DNA from: an uncultured Gammaproteobacteria bacterium
Lineage (GTDB): Bacteria > Patescibacteriota > Patescibacteriia > Magasanikbacterales > GWA2-37-8
Length of the DNA stretch: 64,000 nucleotides
Assembly (NCBI GenBank): GCA_964496095.1
Contig: CAZBWU010000003.1
Coordinates: 1,901-65,900 of the forward strand
Direction: 5' to 3'
Made by a program: the position numbers and the translations under genes. Of the stretch, positions 58,161 to 64,000 are shown piece by piece (within the stretch, counting starts at the first letter, position 1; each line of letters starts with the position of its first letter). The notes below the pieces were generated by a model, which made no database searches, had not been told where the DNA came from, and was given only the letters and a program-made list of their open reading frames with translations.

Positions 58161-61100
58161 CTATCTTCCGCCAAGTATTTGTTGAGCAATCTTTTCACGC
58201 TGGCCAGCTTGACCATTAATCATAGCTATTGCTTCATTGTGCGTATATCTAATTACTTCACCTGTTTTAGAATTATTTTCAATAAGTTCGTCCTTATCGA
58301 CTGTAAATGTGCTACCCTCAGAAATAAACAAACGCTCGTTACCATTATCCATTAATCGAAATCCATTACTGCCGTTAGCCAACATGTCGGCCTTACTATC
58401 ATTAGACTCCTTGATTAAATCTATGATAGACATTTTAATTCCTCCAAATTTATCAGATGCTCCCCCTTTATAGGTGGCAATTGCCTTTTGTATATAATTA
58501 TAATTTTGTCGATCGGTAGCATCTAGGGCGGTACCGGCAACAATCTTATTTTCTATGCTTTCCATTGGACCTACCAAATGAGACGTCACCATATCTTCTA
58601 ATACCCTAATACTTCCTGGATCTACCTGAAAAAAATGACTCTCAGCGACCAAAGAAACATCCTTTAAAATTGTTTCTAAATCGTTTCCAATTTTTGGAAG
58701 CTCCTCTACAATTTCTACTATTTTTATTTCTTGTTCATGAGGTGTTGTATCAGGTGTGACTACTGCTGACTTCGCACCAGCTCCTGTATCAGGAGTAGTT
58801 CCACCACCCGAGGTCTGTTTATCAAAATCAACTCCAAAATCTTTAGCAATACCCTTAGCAAACTCTCCTGCTTGTGTGCCAGCCTTACCAAGACTATCAG
58901 CGGTATTCTTGACGGCATTCGTTAATGCCTGTTTATCTTGTTCTGTAGGCGGCACAGCTGCCATGGTTTCGCCAGCGTTTCCACTGCTCGTAGGCAAAGC
59001 TTCTACTACCTGACCACTTGGCCTAAATGTTTCTAGGGTTTTAACCTTAATTGTCCTTTGTTCGCCAAGCAAGCCCTCTCCAATAGGCACTGGATGACGG
59101 TGACCTTTGGAATCAAGCACGCCCTGAGCTCGGTTTAACACCTCAACATGCTCGGCTCCGGCTTGAGCAAATTTTATTTTATCGCCTTCTATCTCTGCCA
59201 ACACGGCTCGCTCATCAGCAGTCATCTCGGATGCCGGAACATTATTTTCGGTGTGTTCTCTATATGGATGATCACCTTGCATCTCATTTATTTTGCTGGC
59301 ATTATTCCACATTTGTTTATCAGGATTTTTATCAATAGCTATCTTGCGTCCACCCACAACTCGCATTTGATCCTTGGTAACATAGCCATCTTTACCCTCT
59401 ACAGCACTAAGAATTGGCTTACCTTTTTCATCTACACCAAAACTATAGATATGCCCATGAATATGAAGATCTACCCCCTTACCAGTAAGTCTGGCGTTGG
59501 CAAAATCTTGATTTTCTTCTCCTTGCATAGATCTCCACAACCCCTCTACCATCTTATGATCGGAACCATCTGTCTCTTTATATTTTGCTGCAAACGCTTT
59601 CCAATCAACTTTAGCGCTGGTCTTACCTTTACCTACCCAATCTTCAATGTATTTGAGTTGCGGACGACTAAATTTGAGGCTCTCTAAATATTTTGCCGCT
59701 CTTTCCGGACCGCCTTTGTCTAAAATTTCTTCAAAAATTACTTGCTGGCGTTCGGCTCCCACTTCTACCTCGGTATTTATTTCATATTTAATAAAACCGT
59801 GATGAGAATGCACACCGCTTCCACCTTCACTAGCTGACAATATACGTTGCAAAGATTCCGAATTGTTCAATTCTGGGAAACCTTTTTCACCGGTGACTAA
59901 TTTTTCTAAATGGGGATAAAAATCTTTATCTAATTTATTGTCGACGCCAAATTCTCGCACCGCTGATCCTGGTGTACGAACTTCAGCTATAGGTTGATCT
60001 GCTTCGACCGCAGTTCCTGGTTTATGCGAATCTCCTCCTGGTTGAGGCGCTGCTGGAATTGGAACTGGTATTGGTTCCGGGTGCGCTTGAGCAACCGCAT
60101 CATTCATCGCTCTTTTTAATATACCGTGGTCTGTTTGGCCCCCACCAGTTATCTTATCTTTTATGCTTTCAAGAGTTTCAATCGGATTAGCCACTGCATG
60201 TACGACACGCCCATAACTTTCCAAAGCCCGGCTAGCATTATGGATAGGTTCCTCCCAAATTTTTAAAACTTGACCGCTTTCAACACGATCAATAATCGCA
60301 TCTATTTGCTCTCCAGGTGAAGCGTGTGATGAAAGAAGGGAGCCGTAGATACCAACCGCGCGAGCGATAGTGCCCAAGGCTTTGACAAAATCCATAGCCT
60401 TACCAGTTCCACTCGTACCTTTCTTTGCTCCTTGCCCAGCCAAAGAACGCACTGTTTCCCAAGCAGCCCTTACCGTTACATCTTTGGCCACAAAACCAAA
60501 CTCCGATTCACCGTTAATGCTACCAGCATTCTTATACGTGTGTTCTCTACGTGCTTTTTGGACTCTTTCTGCTACAGAACCAACCGCATAGCCAATACCA
60601 CGCGCAAACAAACCGCCGCCAAGTGTCAGGAGCGTGTTGAGGCCATCTTTGGCAATTTGCGCCCCAGAAACTTTGGCGTGAATATACGATTCTAATAGAC
60701 GCCTGACTTCCGCATCTCTCTCTTCTCTGGCTTCATCCGTGTCTTCTTGGTGTTTGATCGAAATTGCCCATATTCTTTCTGTGATCTGCTGTTTAGCTTC
60801 TGGGCTAATTTTTTTGGTATCATTAATTATTGATTTTAAATCTTCCAAACGAACTCCCACTCCTTCATCCAAAGCCGAGGGCTCTCCTTTTTTTGTTCTT
60901 TCTGAAGATTGGAGTAATTTTTGATATGCATCAAAAATTGATTCCACAAATACCTTAGATTCTTTAGTGCCTTTTCTCCACTCGGCTATATCTCCCTTAC
61001 CAAAAGCTGCAAGGCCTAAATCAGTGATAGTCTTTATACCTAAGACTGAAGTTATTGTATTATAAGCAACTTTTCTGGAAAATTTACGTGTTTCTTTATC

Positions 61101-64000
61101 TTTAAAGGCATCCTTAAAACGCTCCCACCGACTCTTGTCTGGTGGAGGAGGAACTACTGTATCGGCTGGTTTTTTCTTGCCAAAACCTAACAATCCACCA
61201 ATGCGGGATATGATGCCTTTTTTTTCTGGAACAGCAACTATAGAGCCGTCTAAGAATTCAGATTCTGGGGACAATCCTTGTAATGCATCTTGAAATTGTT
61301 GATAGACATCTTTATTTGGATCATTTTTTACTAATTCTATAAATTCTGCAAGTTTAATTTTTACATTGTCTGTAGCAGCTAAGAATGCTTTAGACTCTTC
61401 TTCTGATGTGACTGGTAAATTACGTGCGTCATCAATAATACTAACTAGAGCGTCATAAGAGCCAAGATATTTATTTACTAGTTTAACATTCTTTTTATCC
61501 TTATATAAATTATTAAAAACTTCAGCTAATTTTGTAAGGTCTCTTTCATAGTTAATCAAACGTTCCTCTGCCATAGTTTCTGGTGAAGGTAAATCATTGA
61601 AATCTTCATACAAAGATGTGACACCACCTTCTATTTCCGTAATTAGAGGTTCCAACTCATTCTTACCATCAACTGCTTCGGCTGAAGTAATTTTAACTTC
61701 AATTTCATTAATTTTTTTTTCTATAGCTTCTGTACCAACTTTTTGGGGTAAATAATAATCTCTTAATCTTTGCAGATTTTTTTTAGTATTAGCAAGGGAT
61801 CTTGTTTGAATTTCCGTTTTTCGTTCTGGCAGAGCGCGGATATCTGCCGATAATTGACCAGAAAGAATTGTTTCTATCTGAGAAACCAAACCTTTCAATT
61901 TGCCATAATCTGTACACGTCTCTGCTTCTGTTATTTTACTCTCTAGATCTGCCATTGTAGCATCTATGGCCAGTGTCGAGATTCTTTTCTCTAATCGAGA
62001 CTCCAGGAGTGTAAAATAATTCTTATGACCAATCAAACTAGCTTCCAAATCCAAAGCTTCTATATCTTTTAATATCTCCTCAAGGAGATTATCTAATTCA
62101 GCATTTGGAGTTGAATTTATCAGTTCAATCTTATCATGAATAGGTGGCAACTTTGGTTCTAAGACAGTGAGCCTATTATCAGCGGCAAGACGGCTTCTTA
62201 AATCTCTAAATCTATTTGGAATGATTCTATCTATCCTAAATCTCTGCGCATCGGTAAGCAAAGACAGGTCAGGTCCAAGTGGCGGAAGGACATCCGTTCC
62301 AGCCCGAGGAAGTGGATCAAAATCCGGAAACTCTACATCTGGCTCTGATGAGCCAGCAGGTGGAAGCGCATTAAAATCTTCGTATAATTGCAAAATATCT
62401 CTATCTAGCACCAAAAGGAGAGGTTTTAATTCAGACTTATTAATAAAAGGTACTTTAGCCAAGGTCAAATTTGCCTCAATTTCATCAATTTGAGCTTTCA
62501 ATCTATCTGAATAGGCTTTTGTATGCAATCCATTTTTTACTATAGCTAAATTTTCTTTATACTCCCGTAATTTTTCTTCTTGCTCTGATGTCACAGATTC
62601 AACAGTATCCGAAGCACCAGTAGCTGCGTCAGGAGTTGGAACTGTTTTAGCAGGAAGCTTGCTTATATCTGCGCGCAGAGCATCAAGAATACCTTGTATG
62701 GTTTGAAGTATACCTTCCAAGGTGTTTTTATCGGTACATCTATTTGCCACTTCTAAATTCTTTTTCAACCGTATAAGCCCTGATTCAAGCCTAATCATCT
62801 CCTCATCTTCCCCATCTCTTTTATCTAGCATACCTCCGAGTAACACAAGCTGATCTCGACAATGTCGCAATTTTACTTTTTGCTGATCAGAAATAGGCTC
62901 GGTAGGTGGAGCTACATCCCCTTTAGCCGGAAGTGCCTCTATTTCCGCGACTAAATTACCAAGGCCTGTTTTTATACCATCAAGCGCAACAGCCATATCG
63001 GCACGCGTACGAATATGGCTCAATCTGGTATTCCCTATTTTGACATCAACTTCATCAAGCTTATCCTCCATACCTGGAGTACCTTGTTTTTGCATCAAAA
63101 GATCTTTTAACCTTTGAAGTTCCGTCCTATACCCTTGACGCACATTTATCTGTTCATTAGTAATAAACTCTTGAGAGGCCGGATTTCCAGCTACTCTACT
63201 CTCAAATTCCTGTTTTACTTGAGGCAGTAACTTATTTTCAATTTTCCCAAAATACTTGCCTACAGCTTCCATTTTTTTATCATAAACTTCAAGGTCATTT
63301 GTGCGCGCAGCCTGGTTTAAACATCTTTCTATATCAGTCACCCAGCCAGATATTTTGGATTTCTGTTTATCAGACATCATTTCATCACGAACCGTCACTA
63401 AAATACCTAGTTTACGCTCTGCTTTTTTTCGCTTTTCTATTCTATTCTCAGACTTCTCAGCATCGCTTTGACTTGGATTATCTGCACCATTCTCAGCCTT
63501 AGGTTCAGGCACTTTTTTCTTCGCCTTCAAAGCCTCCATTTCTGTATGAAATTGCTCCAATAAATCATCGACTTCTTTAGTTTTATTCTTGGAAAAATTC
63601 CATTTTTTATGATCAAACGCACTCTTCTCTGTTAAAAACGCCTTAATAAGTTCTTTTACCTTTTCTGTTAAACCAACCATCTCGGCACTATCTTTACCAA
63701 ATTTTTTTTCCATTTCTGCAATCTCTGGTCCAAGAGTTTTAAGATCTTCATCGTGTTTTTTTAATTTTTGACTATAGATTTTTTCTGGATCTAGCAATAC
63801 TTCTTTTTTAACGGCCAATGTTCGAAGTCCAACTTCAATATGTCCTAAAAGATTTTCAACAGTGGCCTTATTTTTACTAGCATAGTCAGACGACTTAAGG
63901 CTCTCTTCTAAACTCTTACATCGACGCAACAGTTCTTTTATCTTAGTTCTACTTTCAGGCAACGCGGCAGTCCCTGATAAATCTTCCAATTGTTTTTTCG
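58161..64000 (-). CDS. giant (>1940 aa) protein with helical-bundle repeats and a Gly-rich hydrophobic region; 5' end beyond window
   Basis: Frame is open to the window edge; ~80-aa repeats, most ending (I/F)xxLP; hydrophobic segments such as LLTLGGGLFARGIGYAVG. Confidence 0.85.
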   Translation of the reverse strand, partial: KKQLEDLSGTAALPESRTKIKELLRRCKSLEESLKSSDYASKNKATVENLLGHIEVGLRTLAVKKEVLLDPEKIYSQKLKKHDEDLKTLGPEIAEMEKKFGKDSAEMVGLTEKVKELIKAFLTEKSAFDHKKWNFSKNKTKEVDDLLEQFHTEMEALKAKKKVPEPKAENGADNPSQSDAEKSENRIEKRKKAERKLGILVTVRDEMMSDKQKSKISGWVTDIERCLNQAARTNDLEVYDKKMEAVGKYFGKIENKLLPQVKQEFESRVAGNPASQEFITNEQINVRQGYRTELQRLKDLLMQKQGTPGMEDKLDEVDVKIGNTRLSHIRTRADMAVALDGIKTGLGNLVAEIEALPAKGDVAPPTEPISDQQKVKLRHCRDQLVLLGGMLDKRDGEDEEMIRLESGLIRLKKNLEVANRCTDKNTLEGILQTIQGILDALRADISKLPAKTVPTPDAATGASDTVESVTSEQEEKLREYKENLAIVKNGLHTKAYSDRLKAQIDEIEANLTLAKVPFINKSELKPLLLVLDRDILQLYEDFNALPPAGSSEPDVEFPDFDPLPRAGTDVLPPLGPDLSLLTDAQRFRIDRIIPNRFRDLRSRLAADNRLTVLEPKLPPIHDKIELINSTPNAELDNLLEEILKDIEALDLEASLIGHKNYFTLLESRLEKRISTLAIDATMADLESKITEAETCTDYGKLKGLVSQIETILSGQLSADIRALPERKTEIQTRSLANTKKNLQRLRDYYLPQKVGTEAIEKKINEIEVKITSAEAVDGKNELEPLITEIEGGVTSLYEDFNDLPSPETMAEERLINYERDLTKLAEVFNNLYKDKKNVKLVNKYLGSYDALVSIIDDARNLPVTSEEESKAFLAATDNVKIKLAEFIELVKNDPNKDVYQQFQDALQGLSPESEFLDGSIVAVPEKKGIISRIGGLLGFGKKKPADTVVPPPPDKSRWERFKDAFKDKETRKFSRKVAYNTITSVLGIKTITDLGLAAFGKGDIAEWRKGTKESKVFVESIFDAYQKLLQSSERTKKGEPSALDEGVGVRLEDLKSIINDTKKISPEAKQQITERIWAISIKHQEDTDEAREERDAEVRRLLESYIHAKVSGAQIAKDGLNTLLTLGGGLFARGIGYAVGSVAERVQKARREHTYKNAGSINGESEFGFVAKDVTVRAAWETVRSLAGQGAKKGTSGTGKAMDFVKALGTIARAVGIYGSLLSSHASPGEQIDAIIDRVESGQVLKIWEEPIHNASRALESYGRVVHAVANPIETLESIKDKITGGGQTDHGILKRAMNDAVAQAHPEPIPVPIPAAPQPGGDSHKPGTAVEADQPIAEVRTPGSAVREFGVDNKLDKDFYPHLEKLVTGEKGFPELNNSESLQRILSASEGGSGVHSHHGFIKYEINTEVEVGAERQQVIFEEILDKGGPERAAKYLESLKFSRPQLKYIEDWVGKGKTSAKVDWKAFAAKYKETDGSDHKMVEGLWRSMQGEENQDFANARLTGKGVDLHIHGHIYSFGVDEKGKPILSAVEGKDGYVTKDQMRVVGGRKIAIDKNPDKQMWNNASKINEMQGDHPYREHTENNVPASEMTADERAVLAEIEGDKIKFAQAGAEHVEVLNRAQGVLDSKGHRHPVPIGEGLLGEQRTIKVKTLETFRPSGQVVEALPTSSGNAGETMAAVPPTEQDKQALTNAVKNTADSLGKAGTQAGEFAKGIAKDFGVDFDKQTSGGGTTPDTGAGAKSAVVTPDTTPHEQEIKIVEIVEELPKIGNDLETILKDVSLVAESHFFQVDPGSIRVLEDMVTSHLVGPMESIENKIVAGTALDATDRQNYNYIQKAIATYKGGASDKFGGIKMSIIDLIKESNDSKADMLANGSNGFRLMDNGNERLFISEGSTFTVDKDELIENNSKTGEVIRYTHNEAIAMINGQAGQREKIAQQILGGR

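Overview
This is an AT-rich bacterial chromosome segment in standard code 11. Gene content and style suggest Patescibacteria/CPR, possibly ABY1 or Magasanikbacteria-like (inference). The first ~53 kb are mostly housekeeping: ftsQ-like, alr, serS, lysS, greA, mreBCD-mrdA, a UvrD-nuclease, the atp operon, tatD, metG, rsmI, iscS, ribH, tkt, an LTA-synthase-like sulfatase, hpf, murB and an unusual peptidoglycan-related cluster. At least 10 copies of a cruciform palindromic element are scattered through it, 4 of them translated in-frame inside enzymes. The standout region is 53.1-58.06 kb: four very GC-rich minus-strand genes for secreted or surface proteins (two lipoproteins, Myxococcus-type Cys-rich repeats, a probable outer-membrane beta-barrel). 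Each has a strong Shine-Dalgarno site and long structured flanks with boxA-like motifs. Three share repeated 5' leader/3' trailer sequence, and AT-rich near-consensus sigma70 promoters sit upstream. Two smaller GC-rich micro-genes of similar style lie at 25.6-26.15 kb. Hypothesis: a cassette system of host-style transcripts, either mRNAs meant for a GC-rich diderm host or captured host-mimicry genes. A giant helical-repeat protein runs off the right edge. No rRNA, tRNA, CRISPR array or transposase was recognised.
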